Below, piece by piece: positions 1 to 9,989 of a stretch of DNA of 64,000 bases. This stretch comes from Turneriella sp. (lineage in GTDB: Bacteria > Spirochaetota > Leptospiria > Turneriellales > Turneriellaceae), in the NCBI GenBank assembly GCA_965279515.1, contig CBDIID010000003.1:1824001-1888000 (forward strand), in the 5' to 3' direction. The first letter of the stretch is position 1, and each line of letters starts with the position of its first letter. The notes under the pieces were generated by a model. It was not told where the DNA came from and made no database searches. It worked only from the letters and a program-made list of their open reading frames with translations. The translations under genes were made by a program, and so were the position numbers.

Positions 1-394
1 CTATGCCTTCGACAGCGGCGATGAGCAGCGGACGCGGCGACCTAACCAGCAGTTCGTCCAAGGTCGGCTGCGGCGGAACCTTGCCCACAGCCATCGCGCC
101 CTGGTGTAAATGATAACCGGCGATCGTTCCTAGCAGCGGCTTCTCGCCCACGTACACGGCGATCTCTTTTTCGGGACGCGCCCGCATGGATACTTCGAGT
201 TTTTCGAGCCAGGCAGGCGTGAGCAGCGCGGAAACGACCTCAAAACTACTCGCGAGTAGCCGCTGCACGACTTTCACATTGGTCGCAACCAGCACGCCGG
301 CGCGTTCATGTTCTTCGGTCCGGTGCAGCGTGCGGTATAACTCGAGTTCAGGAGCGTCGAGTGATTCGATGGGCGTAACGAGCAGTTTTGCCAT
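1..394 (-). CDS. TrmH/SpoU-family RNA methyltransferase (N-terminal part; runs off the window start)
   Basis: Hand translation from ATG at 394: MAKLLVTPIESLDAPELELYRTL...TIAGYHLHQGAMAVG...PLLIAAVEGI. The HQG motif and start of the SPOUT domain are visible. Absent from the ORF track because it has no stop in the window. Confidence 0.8.
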   Translation of the reverse strand, partial: MAKLLVTPIESLDAPELELYRTLHRTEEHERAGVLVATNVKVVQRLLASSFEVVSALLTPAWLEKLEVSMRARPEKEIAVYVGEKPLLGTIAGYHLHQGAMAVGKVPPQPTLDELLVRSPRPLLIAAVEGI

Positions 395-397
395 GCC

Positions 398-1144
398 CTA
401 AGTCATGCGTATGCCCGCGTCGAGGCGAATCACTTCGCCGTTGAGATAGGTGTTCTCAAAAATGTGCTGCACCAAAAGTGCGAACTCCGGCGGGCGGCCC
501 ATACGGTTGGGGAACGGAATTGTTTCGACGAGTTCCTCGGACGCCTTTTCGGGCAGGCGGGCAACCAGCGGCGTCTCGAACGCGCCCGGCGCGATCGCCA
601 TCACACGAAACCCATACTGCGCCATCTCGCGCGCCAGGGGTAGTGTCATACTGGCGACGCCGCCTTTCGATGCAGAATAAGGCGCCTGCCCGACCTTGCC
701 GTCGAATGCAGCGACCGATGCGACGTTGATGAACACGCCACGCTCGCCATCCTCATTGGGGTTTTGTTTGCTCATCGGCGTCGAGGCGATGCTGACGACG
801 TTATAGGTACCCATGAGATTGACTTCAATGATTTGCCGCGCCGCTTCGAGCGCACCAAATTTTCTACGCGACACTGTTTTCACGACATTGCCGATACCCG
901 CGCAATTGACGACGCCGTAGAGGCCGCCAAATTTGCTGAACGCGAGATCGACCGCCGCCTGAACCTGGTCGGGGTCGGTCACACTGGTCTTGATAAACAC
1001 GACTTCAGGGGGAGTGCTTGCGTCGGGTGTGCCTAAATCCGCATTGATGACATTGCCCCCCTCGGCGGCGAGGCGTTTGACTGTCGCAAGGCCCAGCCCC
1101 GAACTACCCCCCGTCACGAGAAAGGTGCTGCCGCGGATTTTCAT
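398..1144 (-). CDS. SDR oxidoreductase, 3-hydroxyacyl-CoA dehydrogenase type II (HSD10-like)
   Basis: TGGSSGLG, NCAGIG, ASVAAFDG, YSASKGG, YLNGEVIRLD. Confidence 0.9.
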   Translation of the reverse strand: MKIRGSTFLVTGGSSGLGLATVKRLAAEGGNVINADLGTPDASTPPEVVFIKTSVTDPDQVQAAVDLAFSKFGGLYGVVNCAGIGNVVKTVSRRKFGALEAARQIIEVNLMGTYNVVSIASTPMSKQNPNEDGERGVFINVASVAAFDGKVGQAPYSASKGGVASMTLPLAREMAQYGFRVMAIAPGAFETPLVARLPEKASEELVETIPFPNRMGRPPEFALLVQHIFENTYLNGEVIRLDAGIRMT

Positions 1145-1240
1145 AGGGAAGGCTCTTTGGTGCGCCGCAAAGCGTCAAAACTATTCCGACTTTTTGGCCC
1201 CCTGTGAACTACCGTACACCATCTAATATAGATAGATAAT

Positions 1241-1936
1241 ATGTTGGATATAGAGCTCTCCGATAAACAGAACAGTGATATCGAAAATGGCAAGAAGCTG
1301 TTCATTAAGGCCTACGGCATGGTCCGTACGACCGAAGATTTCCTGCGCACTGCTGTAAGGCGCATCATGGGCAGATTTAAGCGCCCCGATCTCGCTCCCG
1401 CCATTGAAATCATTCTCAAAGAGCTGACCATGAATGCCGCCAAGGCGAACTTCAAGAAAGTCTTCTTTCTCGAAAACCGGCTCAATATTGATAACCCCAC
1501 AGATTATGAAGAAGGCATGACTCTGTTCCGCGACTCGATGTCTGAAACCATGTTCCTGGATTATGGCCGCAAGGCGCGCGAGGCCAATCTCAGCGTGCTC
1601 ATTTCACTCGACTACGACGATGACCGCGTCGTGGTCGAGGTACGCAATAACGTGCCGATGTCACCTGACGAAGAAAAGCGCGCCCGGGAAAAGCTGCGGG
1701 TCGCGATGGGCTCGAACGACCTGACGCAACTCTTTGTCGACAACATCGACGAAAGTGAAGGCGCAGGGCTGGGCCTCATGCTGTGCCTTACGACGCTGCG
1801 CTCTTCTGCCATCGACCCACGTATGCTCTCGATTGCGACCGACTTCGAAAAAGAAACCATCGCACGCGTGGAAATCCCCCTGCACGAAAACTACATTCCC
1901 ATGCGCATGCGTTGGGCACCCGTGCTCGCCGTCTAA
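1241..1936 (+). CDS. Stand-alone HATPase_c (GHKL) protein, anti-sigma/kinase-like
   Basis: ELTMNAAKAN (N box), EVRNN and EGAGLGL (G2 box); no HisKA or sensor domain. Confidence 0.65.
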   Translation: MLDIELSDKQNSDIENGKKLFIKAYGMVRTTEDFLRTAVRRIMGRFKRPDLAPAIEIILKELTMNAAKANFKKVFFLENRLNIDNPTDYEEGMTLFRDSMSETMFLDYGRKAREANLSVLISLDYDDDRVVVEVRNNVPMSPDEEKRAREKLRVAMGSNDLTQLFVDNIDESEGAGLGLMLCLTTLRSSAIDPRMLSIATDFEKETIARVEIPLHENYIPMRMRWAPVLAV

Positions 1937-2004
1937 AGCGGATTCGATTGACACCGTCGCTTGCCATGGAATCGGCGAGCTTATTTTGCAGATTAAGGAC
2001 TACG

Positions 2005-2907
2005 ATGTTTAAAAGGAAAAATCATTTACTGTTACCGGCGTTGCTGCTGGTCACGGGTCTCACGGCGTGCAAGCAGGCCACGGCAGAAGGTGATCCGACG
2101 ATGCAGATCTGGAACCGGAACAAAGCCCTGCTGCTGCAAAATATCGCCGCGGTCGTCGACGGCAATGACGGTTTGCGCGGATTTTCTCCCGCAAAAACGA
2201 CCCTCAACGTATTTGATTTCGACCATACCCTTTCGGACAATACCACGAAAGTACCCGTCGTCACCGCCGCGGGTGCCACCAAAGCCCTCGACTCCAAATG
2301 TATTCTGCTCAGCGAGGGCGATAAGCCCGATTATTCGGTCTTTGACAACGAAAATGTTTATACGACCGCCCCCGTACAGCCGTCGCTCGCACGCCTGCGC
2401 GGCTACGTAAAAGATGCCACATACTGGAACGTGGTGCTGACTGCGCGCGGCGGCCGCCGTACCTTTCCGATGATACAGGAATACCTCTGGCAGCGCGGCG
2501 GCGAACCCGATGTCGTGATCGCGGCAAATTTCCCGCCCTTCCACAAAAGCCTGTGGGAGAAAATTGAATACCCCGGCGATCTGAAGAAACTGCCGCGCGG
2601 CGCAAAAAAAAGCCTGCTGATTGCTGCGCTCGTCGAGCTGGCAAAAACACGCGGCGCCAAACTCGAGAAGCTGAGGTACTTCGAAGACACCGACGAATAT
2701 CTCGCGGGCACTATGGTGCTGCTGCCGCGCCTGTTTCCTGAATTAAAGTTCGAATTTTTCGACTATGTGCGCAAGATAGAAAACGGCAAAGCGAAATATG
2801 CCGAAGTCGCTGTGGCGACCTCTGAAGCGGGAAAACTCTCTAAAGCCGACGGCACCGCGTTGACGACAGCCGCCGAATACGACAGCGGCGATTGTCCGAA
2901 ACAGTAA
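2005..2907 (+). CDS. Lipoprotein with HAD-superfamily phosphatase domain
   Basis: Start moved to ATG 2005, which follows AAGGA. Lipobox LTAC; HAD motifs VFDFDHTL, VLTARG, K, FEDT. Confidence 0.7.
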   Translation: MFKRKNHLLLPALLLVTGLTACKQATAEGDPTMQIWNRNKALLLQNIAAVVDGNDGLRGFSPAKTTLNVFDFDHTLSDNTTKVPVVTAAGATKALDSKCILLSEGDKPDYSVFDNENVYTTAPVQPSLARLRGYVKDATYWNVVLTARGGRRTFPMIQEYLWQRGGEPDVVIAANFPPFHKSLWEKIEYPGDLKKLPRGAKKSLLIAALVELAKTRGAKLEKLRYFEDTDEYLAGTMVLLPRLFPELKFEFFDYVRKIENGKAKYAEVAVATSEAGKLSKADGTALTTAAEYDSGDCPKQ

Positions 2908-2908
2908 A

Positions 2909-3319
2909 TTAAAGCGGCTGCCAGCCGAGCGCCGCCGCTGCCTCGTCTGAAATCCGCCTGACCTTGCCCGAAGTCTTGTCGACGCAGACATAATCAATCT
3001 TGCCCGAACAGAGCAATGCGCTGGCGCGAACCATGCGAAACTGCCAGTGTACGGTCGCACCCGAATAGGTTGGCGTCAGTTCTATGACCAGTTCGTCGTC
3101 GCTGCGTGCGGGTGCTTTGTAATCGAGCTCTGCATGCGATACATGAAAATCGAGACCATATCGGGCGACGAAATCGTGGTACGAGATTCCCTTGGCGCGG
3201 AAGTATTCGGTCACGGCGACGTCGAAATAGTTGAGATAGTTCGCATTGAAGACAATGCCCTGGGCATCCACTTCGGAATAGCGCACCCGCAGCGGAAATG
3301 AAAACACCGGATTCTCCAT
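2909..3319 (-). CDS. Acyl-CoA thioesterase, YbgC/4HBT hotdog family
   Basis: VRYSEVDAQGIVFNANYLNYFD; start MENPVF at 3319. Confidence 0.9.
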   Translation of the reverse strand: MENPVFSFPLRVRYSEVDAQGIVFNANYLNYFDVAVTEYFRAKGISYHDFVARYGLDFHVSHAELDYKAPARSDDELVIELTPTYSGATVHWQFRMVRASALLCSGKIDYVCVDKTSGKVRRISDEAAAALGWQPL

Positions 3320-3404
3320 AGGCAACGAAAATTTTATGCGGCGCTGGTTCGGCAAGCTTCAAACCAGCTTGACATGCCGTACGATCCACAGCCTGAACGC
3401 CGTT

Positions 3405-4103
3405 ATGAAATTTTTTCCGGTTTTGTTCGGCGTTTTGGTTTCGGCCTTGAGTGCCGCCCCCGAGGGCGAAGCGCTCAAGGCGCATCTGCAAAAACAACAG
3501 TTTGTGAGTGCCCCCGACGGCAACAACAGTGAAATAAAGTTTGAAGGCGACAAAATCGAAATGCAGGTGTTCGGGCCCGGCGGTATAGCCTGCTCGGGCA
3601 CATTTTCTGTCAGCGGCAAAACCATTCAGATCAAACTTTCTGCCGCCCAAGCGAACAATGAATGCGCGATCAATACCGATAAATGTACGTTTCTGAAAAC
3701 TCCCGATTCACCGGTCGCTATCGAAGCCCTGCGCTGTGGAAAAGACCTTTTTTTCAACCAGAACAAGGCGCCGCAACCAGGCAAAACCATACAGATCGAC
3801 GGAACTGCCGCTATCATTTCGAAGCCAGTCAAAAGCGAACTCACCACGGCTGCGGTATTTCGAAAAAAACCGGCAAAAAGCGGCGCGGCAATAAAATGCC
3901 AATTTGTCACCGCAGACATGAGCGGCACCGCTAAACCCGGGTTACCGCCGGGGTTTACGGTCTATGCGCGCACCAAAGAGAAAGTGAAAGTCGATAAGTG
4001 GGAGAACTATTGGTATTATGTTTTTTCACCCAGTTACGATACACAGATCTGCGATAGCCCATTCGGCTGGGTGTTCGCGGAATTTGTCCGCCCTTCGAAA
4101 TAA
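3405..4103 (+). CDS. Secreted protein with C-terminal SH3-like domain
   Basis: Signal peptide MKFFPVLFGVLVSALSA; C-terminus ARTKEKVKVDKWENYWYYV...GWVFAEFV is typical of leptospiral SH3-like domains. Confidence 0.65.
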   Translation: MKFFPVLFGVLVSALSAAPEGEALKAHLQKQQFVSAPDGNNSEIKFEGDKIEMQVFGPGGIACSGTFSVSGKTIQIKLSAAQANNECAINTDKCTFLKTPDSPVAIEALRCGKDLFFNQNKAPQPGKTIQIDGTAAIISKPVKSELTTAAVFRKKPAKSGAAIKCQFVTADMSGTAKPGLPPGFTVYARTKEKVKVDKWENYWYYVFSPSYDTQICDSPFGWVFAEFVRPSK

Positions 4104-5300
4104 TTACCGGCGGTAATCCCTGAGAATTCTTTTGCCCAGGCTTGACTTGTGCACTTCGTCGGCGCCGTCATAGATGCGCGCCGCACGCTCATGGCGGAAA
4201 AAATACGCCAGAATCGTGTCATCCGCCATACCGAGCCCGCCGTGAATCTGCAGTGCGCGGTCGATGATGCGGTTCATGGTGTTCGCCACGGTAAATTTGA
4301 TCATCGCCACTTCATCGCGCGCCTTTGACATACCGAGATTTTCAATCGCCCAGGCCGCCGACAGGGTCATGAGCCGCGCCGCGTGGAGTTCCGCCGCGAG
4401 CTCGGCGACATAGAACTGCGTGATCTGGCTATCGGCCAGGGTACCGCCGTCGTTGTGGATGACCCGCTGGTTCGCACGGCGGCACATCATTTCAAATGCA
4501 CGGCTGCTTATACCCAGCCAGCGCATGCAGTGGTGTATGCGCCCCGGCCCGAGACGCTCCTGCGCAAGTTTAAAACCGGCGCCTTCGCGGCCCAGCAGGT
4601 TGCCGGCAGGAATACGGCAGTTTTCAAACAAGACTTCGCTGTGGCTGTTGTAGTTGTCGCCGGCATGCCCCATGATCGGTATGTTGCGGATAATCTTAAC
4701 ACCGGGATTATCCATCGGTACGATGAACATGCTGGCACGCATTGCCGCGTTGGCATCCGGGTTCGTCACCATCATCGCAATCGCGAATGCAGCACCGTCG
4801 GCCGACGAAGTATACCACTTTAATCCGTTGAGCACATAATGGTCGCCGTCTTTGACCGCGCGCGCGGCGAGAAGCGTCGGGTTTGAGCCCGCTGTCGCCA
4901 CCTCGGTCATGGCAAAGCAGCTGCGGATTTTTCCCTGCGCGAGCGGCTCAAGCCATGTCTCTTGCTGCTCGTCGCTGCCGAACATATGCAGGATTTCAAT
5001 ATTGCCGGCGTCGGGCGCCTGGCAGCCAAAGACATAGTGACCTAAAGGCGAGCGCCCGAGCGCCTCGGAGACATAGCCATGCTCCACCAGGGTTAATCCC
5101 ATACCGCCTAATTCTTTCGGAATCTGCGGCCCCCAGAGCCCCAGTGCCCGTACCTTCTCGCGTCTCTTCTCAAGCTCAGGCACGAGCTCTTTGAAGGTCT
5201 TGGCGAAGAACTGCGGCTCGAGGGGTATCAGTTCGGCCGCGACAAAATCTTCGATCTGTTTCAGCAGGGGGGCAAGGCGTTCGGAAATGGCGAGATTCAT
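4104..5300 (-). CDS. Acyl-CoA dehydrogenase (ACAD11/LvaC-like subfamily)
   Basis: APDAGNIEIL, IRSCFAMTE, AQERLGPGRIHHCMR, ARIYDGADEVH; start MNLAIS at 5300. Confidence 0.9.
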   Translation of the reverse strand: MNLAISERLAPLLKQIEDFVAAELIPLEPQFFAKTFKELVPELEKRREKVRALGLWGPQIPKELGGMGLTLVEHGYVSEALGRSPLGHYVFGCQAPDAGNIEILHMFGSDEQQETWLEPLAQGKIRSCFAMTEVATAGSNPTLLAARAVKDGDHYVLNGLKWYTSSADGAAFAIAMMVTNPDANAAMRASMFIVPMDNPGVKIIRNIPIMGHAGDNYNSHSEVLFENCRIPAGNLLGREGAGFKLAQERLGPGRIHHCMRWLGISSRAFEMMCRRANQRVIHNDGGTLADSQITQFYVAELAAELHAARLMTLSAAWAIENLGMSKARDEVAMIKFTVANTMNRIIDRALQIHGGLGMADDTILAYFFRHERAARIYDGADEVHKSSLGKRILRDYRR

Positions 5301-5375
5301 GCGTACCGGTCGCGGCGCAAATCGTAGCGTCAAGTTCTGCTTGCCCCCTGAACCAACCCTGCGCATGTTGCTGGC

Positions 5376-7385
5376 ATTAAGCTTCAGGTACGGCACGTTC
5401 TATACATTCTGCAAGTTCTGTTCGTCGCGGCAGCCTATGTCGCGGGGGCTCAGCTCGGCTTTTTTCTCGCCTTTCTGCATTCACAGGTCTCGCCTGTCTG
5501 GCCACCGGAGGGAATCTCCCTCGCGCTCGTGTTGCTCATGGGCTATCGCATGGCACCGGGAGTTCTCCTGGGCGCGTTTCTTGCGAATTATTTCAATAAT
5601 CCGCATCTACCGACGGCGGCACTCATCGCCTGCGGCAACACGGCCAGCGTGATGCTCGCGGCATATTTTATCCGCAGGTATAATTCCACCGGAAACCCGT
5701 TTACCCGCGTGCGGGGTGTACTACTCTTTCTGACTATCGGCACGATGCCGGGCGCAGCGGTCAGCGCCTTTACAGGAGTCACATCGCTTCTCGTATTCGG
5801 CTTTGTGCCCGCCGAAGCCTACTGGCGCGTCGTTTTAACCTGGTGGACGGGTGAGATGCAAGGGCTTATCATCGTGGCGCCCTTTGTTTACACATGGGCG
5901 AAGCTGCCTGCGATACGCTGGTCGATTGACCGTGGCTTCGAAGTGCCGCTGCTCATCGCCTCGCTCGTCTCTTTGTCATACATTGTTTTCCGCGCGGGCT
6001 TCGACCTGACTTACCTGCCGATTCCCTTTATCATCTGGGCGATCTTCCGTTTTAAGATGCACGGCGCTGTGACCGCGATCAGTATTCTTTCTTTTACTTC
6101 GACATATTATACCATCCGCCAGTACGGCCCATTTGCCGTGATGCGCGGCGACCAGCTTTCGATCAACGATTCGCTGCTGTTGCTCGAACTCTACATCGGC
6201 GTCTTCACCGTCATGACGATGGTGATGGCGGCGACGATACAGGAACGTGAAGACTATCTCATCACCGAAGAGATGAAACGCGCGAATGCAGCCAAGGGGG
6301 ATTTCCTCGCGACGCTGAGCCATGAGATCCGCACGCCGCTGAACGGCGTGATCGGCTCCACTGAACTTCTGAAGACGACCGAACTCAATATTGAGCAGCA
6401 GAAATATGTCGGCACACTTTCCGGCACGGCAAAAACCCTCGCGGGCCTCGTGAATAATATTCTCGATTATTCAAAGCTCGAGGTTGGGCGTCTGCAACTC
6501 GAAAATATTGCCTTTGATCCCGCGCTGATGCTGGGTGAGATCAAGGCCATGTTCTCGCAGGCCGTCGCGAAAAAGGGCATCGAGTTTATTGTCGAGAGTG
6601 CAAACCTGCCGCCGGCAGTCATGGGTGATCCGCTGCGCGTGACGCAAATTCTGGTAAATCTCAGCGGCAATGCGATTAAATTTACCGAAAAGGGCTCTGT
6701 CACGCTGAGCGCCGGGTACGCCGACGGCCAGATGCGTTTTGCGGTACGCGACACCGGCATCGGCATGCGCATTGACGACCTGGAAAAACTTTTCACCCCT
6801 TTTCAGCAGGCGCGCACCGAAACCGCGCGCAAGTTCGGCGGCACGGGGTTGGGACTGCGCATCAGCTCGCAACTGACGAGGCTGATGGGGGCATTTATCC
6901 ATGTGGAAAGCACCGAGGGCCAGGGCTCACTCTTCCATTTCACAATCCCCATGCCTGAAGCTGCGGCGTCAGCCCTGCGCAATGAAACCTCCGCCGGTAT
7001 CGACGCCGACTTTGCGAAAAAATTTCCCCTGCGCATACTGATCGTCGATGACAGCGACGTCAACCGCATGCTGGCCGCAGCCATGCTCGACAAACTCGGT
7101 TACACAGCGGTAGAAGAACGCGAAGACGGCTTTACCGCACTGGAGGCGATTACAGCGGGTAATTTTGATCTGGTACTACTCGATGTACAGATGCCCGGTA
7201 TGGACGGCACCGAAGTGGCGAAAGCAGTCCATGAAAAGATGGCGCATCCGCCCCGTCTCGTAGCGGTTACCGGCAACACGGAACAAAAGGACCAGCAGGA
7301 TTACCTGCGCGTCATGGACGATTATATGTCAAAGCCGATATCATTCGGTACACTCAAGGCCGTGCTGATGCGGGCCCGGACCTGA
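5376..7385 (+). CDS. MASE1-domain hybrid histidine kinase (MASE1-HisKA-HATPase-REC); start uncertain
   Basis: LSHEIRTPLNG, NAIKFT, GGTGLGL, REC LLDVQMP. The frame stays open upstream of the track's GTG 5529 and includes MASE1 residues VSPVWPPEG. Confidence 0.85.
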   Translation: MKLQVRHVLYILQVLFVAAAYVAGAQLGFFLAFLHSQVSPVWPPEGISLALVLLMGYRMAPGVLLGAFLANYFNNPHLPTAALIACGNTASVMLAAYFIRRYNSTGNPFTRVRGVLLFLTIGTMPGAAVSAFTGVTSLLVFGFVPAEAYWRVVLTWWTGEMQGLIIVAPFVYTWAKLPAIRWSIDRGFEVPLLIASLVSLSYIVFRAGFDLTYLPIPFIIWAIFRFKMHGAVTAISILSFTSTYYTIRQYGPFAVMRGDQLSINDSLLLLELYIGVFTVMTMVMAATIQEREDYLITEEMKRANAAKGDFLATLSHEIRTPLNGVIGSTELLKTTELNIEQQKYVGTLSGTAKTLAGLVNNILDYSKLEVGRLQLENIAFDPALMLGEIKAMFSQAVAKKGIEFIVESANLPPAVMGDPLRVTQILVNLSGNAIKFTEKGSVTLSAGYADGQMRFAVRDTGIGMRIDDLEKLFTPFQQARTETARKFGGTGLGLRISSQLTRLMGAFIHVESTEGQGSLFHFTIPMPEAAASALRNETSAGIDADFAKKFPLRILIVDDSDVNRMLAAAMLDKLGYTAVEEREDGFTALEAITAGNFDLVLLDVQMPGMDGTEVAKAVHEKMAHPPRLVAVTGNTEQKDQQDYLRVMDDYMSKPISFGTLKAVLMRART

Positions 7386-7749
7386 CCACGTAAACGATTC
7401 CGGAAAGACAAGCGAGAGAAAACCCGATAAGGCTCGCGGCATAACACCAGGCAAGTATCGTGAAGTTTGCGGCGAAGACCAATATCAACGGCATACCGAC
7501 GAAAAAATACCCCACGAGGTTAATCCACAGCGGCGCGTAGACGACCTTGCCCAGCGCAAGCCGCGGCGAAAAATTTTTCATCGCGCTATTCACACCGGCG
7601 CGATAGACCAGCCAAAGCAGCAGCGCACCGGCGACCTGCATGCCGCAGATGACAGGCGCGTGGCCCTGCCAGAGAAAAAGGAAGGCGAGACCTAAGGGGC
7701 CGGCGAGAAGAAGATAGAGTGCAAGTGGAATAAAATTGCGGATTCTCAT
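7354..7749 (-). CDS. Hypothetical 4-TM membrane protein
   Basis: Four hydrophobic segments; short tail-to-tail overlap with the kinase. Confidence 0.6.
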   Translation of the reverse strand: MRIRNFIPLALYLLLAGPLGLAFLFLWQGHAPVICGMQVAGALLLWLVYRAGVNSAMKNFSPRLALGKVVYAPLWINLVGYFFVGMPLILVFAANFTILAWCYAASLIGFSLACLSGIVYVVRSGPASARP

Positions 7750-7841
7750 CGTATCAGGTATCGCATAACGAACGGGGCCGGCGCGTCAAATGCAACCGCG
7801 AAACCGGGTTTACGCCGCTTATCGGGAAATCTCCCTACCGC

Positions 7842-8309
7842 ATGCGCCGCCATCTGCTTTCCCTATGCGCCGCAATGACTTTGGTGTTGCCGGCTATTGC
7901 CAGCGGTGGCGGCCGTACAGAGAATGTACGAGGTATTGGTGTCGGTCTTGACGTTCACGGTGTAGGGCAAAACCCCGTCTACTCGGCCGGCCTTCTGCAC
8001 GCCACCTTTGGCATCATCAGCTACCAGGCCCGCCTCACGGGTTCATACCGCCCGAGCGACAATACCACTTGGGTCAGAGCCGGTGTCGGCGCGGGAGCCT
8101 TTTACCCGATCTTGCTCAACATCGACGTAACCTACCAGACGGGCCAGGCAAACAGCGCCGGTATGTTCGTCGGTCTCTCTGCTTTTCTTTCCGGTGCCGT
8201 ATTCACCCCCGAGATCTTTCTCGGCTACCAGGCGAATTTTTCCGGGACCAGCGAGAATTTTATTTTGGCGGGAGCCAAAGGATATCTTAACTTTGCAGAG
8301 ATCAAATAA
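7842..8309 (+). CDS. Hypothetical secreted protein, probable small beta-barrel
   Basis: Signal peptide followed by Gly-rich amphipathic beta strands. Confidence 0.55.
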   Translation: MRRHLLSLCAAMTLVLPAIASGGGRTENVRGIGVGLDVHGVGQNPVYSAGLLHATFGIISYQARLTGSYRPSDNTTWVRAGVGAGAFYPILLNIDVTYQTGQANSAGMFVGLSAFLSGAVFTPEIFLGYQANFSGTSENFILAGAKGYLNFAEIK

Positions 8310-8323
8310 CTTAAGGAAATAAA

Positions 8324-8806
8324 ATGTCTGAAACCATCTACGGATTTACCACGCAAACGCTTGCCGGCAAAGAGGTCAGCCTCGCCGATTATAAAGGCAA
8401 GGTTGCACTGATCGTCAACACCGCCAGCAAGTGCGGTTTCACACCGCAGTTCGCCGGCCTCGAAGCGATCTATGAAAAATACAAAGACCGCGGTTTTGTC
8501 ATTCTCGGTTTTCCCTGCAACCAGTTCGGCGCACAGGAACCCGGCACCGCCGACCAGATTCAGGAATTCTGCCAGCTCAACTACGGCGTTAAATTTCCGA
8601 TGTTCGGCAAGATCGACGTCAACGGTTCGAACGCGCACCCGCTCTTCAAATTTCTGACATCCGAAAAACCGGGCATCCTCGGCATCGAAGCGATCAAGTG
8701 GAATTTTACCAAATTTCTCGTCGACAAAGACGGAAATCCTGTGAAGCGTTACGCGCCTAACACCACACCCGAAGATATCGCCCCCGATATTGAAAAGCTG
8801 CTGTAG
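8324..8806 (+). CDS. Glutathione peroxidase family protein
   Basis: [33 protein letters not shown] ribosome-binding site. Confidence 0.95.
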   Translation: MSETIYGFTTQTLAGKEVSLADYKGKVALIVNTASKCGFTPQFAGLEAIYEKYKDRGFVILGFPCNQFGAQEPGTADQIQEFCQLNYGVKFPMFGKIDVNGSNAHPLFKFLTSEKPGILGIEAIKWNFTKFLVDKDGNPVKRYAPNTTPEDIAPDIEKLL

Positions 8807-8829
8807 CCGTTTCCTGAGAAAGGGAACTG

Positions 8830-9927
8830 TTACCAGGCTTCGTACACGAACGCAATACCGAGAAATCTGTAATTTGAAATGTTTCGCAACATACCGTAGG
8901 GATTGATGCCGTAATAACCGTGAAGGTAGACTCCTAATGACCCGGAAAACTCATGCGCCGACAGAAATTTATAGCCGATCATGGCATTAAATGTCCATGT
9001 TCGTTCTTCGGGAACCTCTTTCACCGTTGTCATCCCGTCTTTGAGAATGAAGGTTGGTATTCCGTACCTCACCCGATTTCTGACTTCAAAGGATATAATG
9101 TTGAGGGCGCGCGATGAGGCGAGCCAACCGGATGCGCGCTGAAATTCGTAGTTCAGGTAAACTTCGAATCTTTCGGTACTATTCCGTAATCCCAGGTCCC
9201 CGGTAAAATTCGCTTCGAAGTTATTTGTCACACCATACCAACCATATCCCCTGTTGCTTATCCTGACCATGGTGCCCAGGCGAAGGGCGTGGTTATTACC
9301 CCTGTGACCATCAGGGTCATTCAGTGTCACAAAGAGCTCTGTGTACTCGTAAGACACGTTCACCCGGGTAATCGGGAGATTCAGATTCTTTCGATATATC
9401 GTGATTTCATCTCCCAAATGCGTGCTTTCATGGAACCACGGCAGCCACGCCACGGAAATATTGCGAAAAAGGCCCGCATCCGTAAGCCTGTAGATTGCGG
9501 ATAACTTGGGCAACCCGAAACGAAAGTCGACATTAATCACGGGCGCCGTAAAAGAATCAAACATATCTTCAAAGACATGCATACTTGCGGGAAGCGTGAT
9601 TCCGAATCCCCAGGCGGGAGATATTTCTCCGGAATAGATCGGGATCTGCGTGCCCAGATCCAGGTTCAGGAAAGTCTTGAAATTCCGGTTTCTGTCTCCG
9701 CTATAATCTCCGGAAATATTATATTCATTTTGCACCTGAGTGGCGCCAATGTCGATTTTCACGACGGGGCTGTGCACCTGCGCAGCAAAGGGCCGCGTAA
9801 AAGTTAATGGCGTCAGCCAGCCCAAAGGCCTAAGGGGTTGCTGTGCATTGGACTTGGCAACCTCTGCGGCAGACAACAGACCAGGGAAAAAAGCCGCAAA
9901 TACCAGGGTGAGGGTCATCCATTTCAT
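8830..9927 (-). CDS. DUF1207-like outer-membrane protein
   Basis: Signal peptide from MKWMTL (9927); INVDFRFG and HESTHLGDE motifs; aromatic C-terminus (YEAW). Confidence 0.6.
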   Translation of the reverse strand: MKWMTLTLVFAAFFPGLLSAAEVAKSNAQQPLRPLGWLTPLTFTRPFAAQVHSPVVKIDIGATQVQNEYNISGDYSGDRNRNFKTFLNLDLGTQIPIYSGEISPAWGFGITLPASMHVFEDMFDSFTAPVINVDFRFGLPKLSAIYRLTDAGLFRNISVAWLPWFHESTHLGDEITIYRKNLNLPITRVNVSYEYTELFVTLNDPDGHRGNNHALRLGTMVRISNRGYGWYGVTNNFEANFTGDLGLRNSTERFEVYLNYEFQRASGWLASSRALNIISFEVRNRVRYGIPTFILKDGMTTVKEVPEERTWTFNAMIGYKFLSAHEFSGSLGVYLHGYYGINPYGMLRNISNYRFLGIAFVYEAW

Positions 9928-9989
9928 CTGGACGTTACGTCGAGGCGGCGCTTTTGCGCGTAAAGCGCGATCGTTAAACGAGACCGGAC

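Noticed and set aside
1783..2004. Upstream extensions in the ORF track (1783, 3355, 3336, 5396, 10053, 19507, 27677, 38264, 48245, 48462, 53399, 58680)
   Set aside because: They overlap neighbouring genes or promoters. Downstream starts fit signal peptides, ribosome-binding sites or family N-termini better, and the TTG at 58680 is part of a -35-like box.
8324..8806. Possible selenocysteine in the glutathione peroxidase
   Set aside because: The active-site codon is TGC (Cys) and there is no in-frame TGA.
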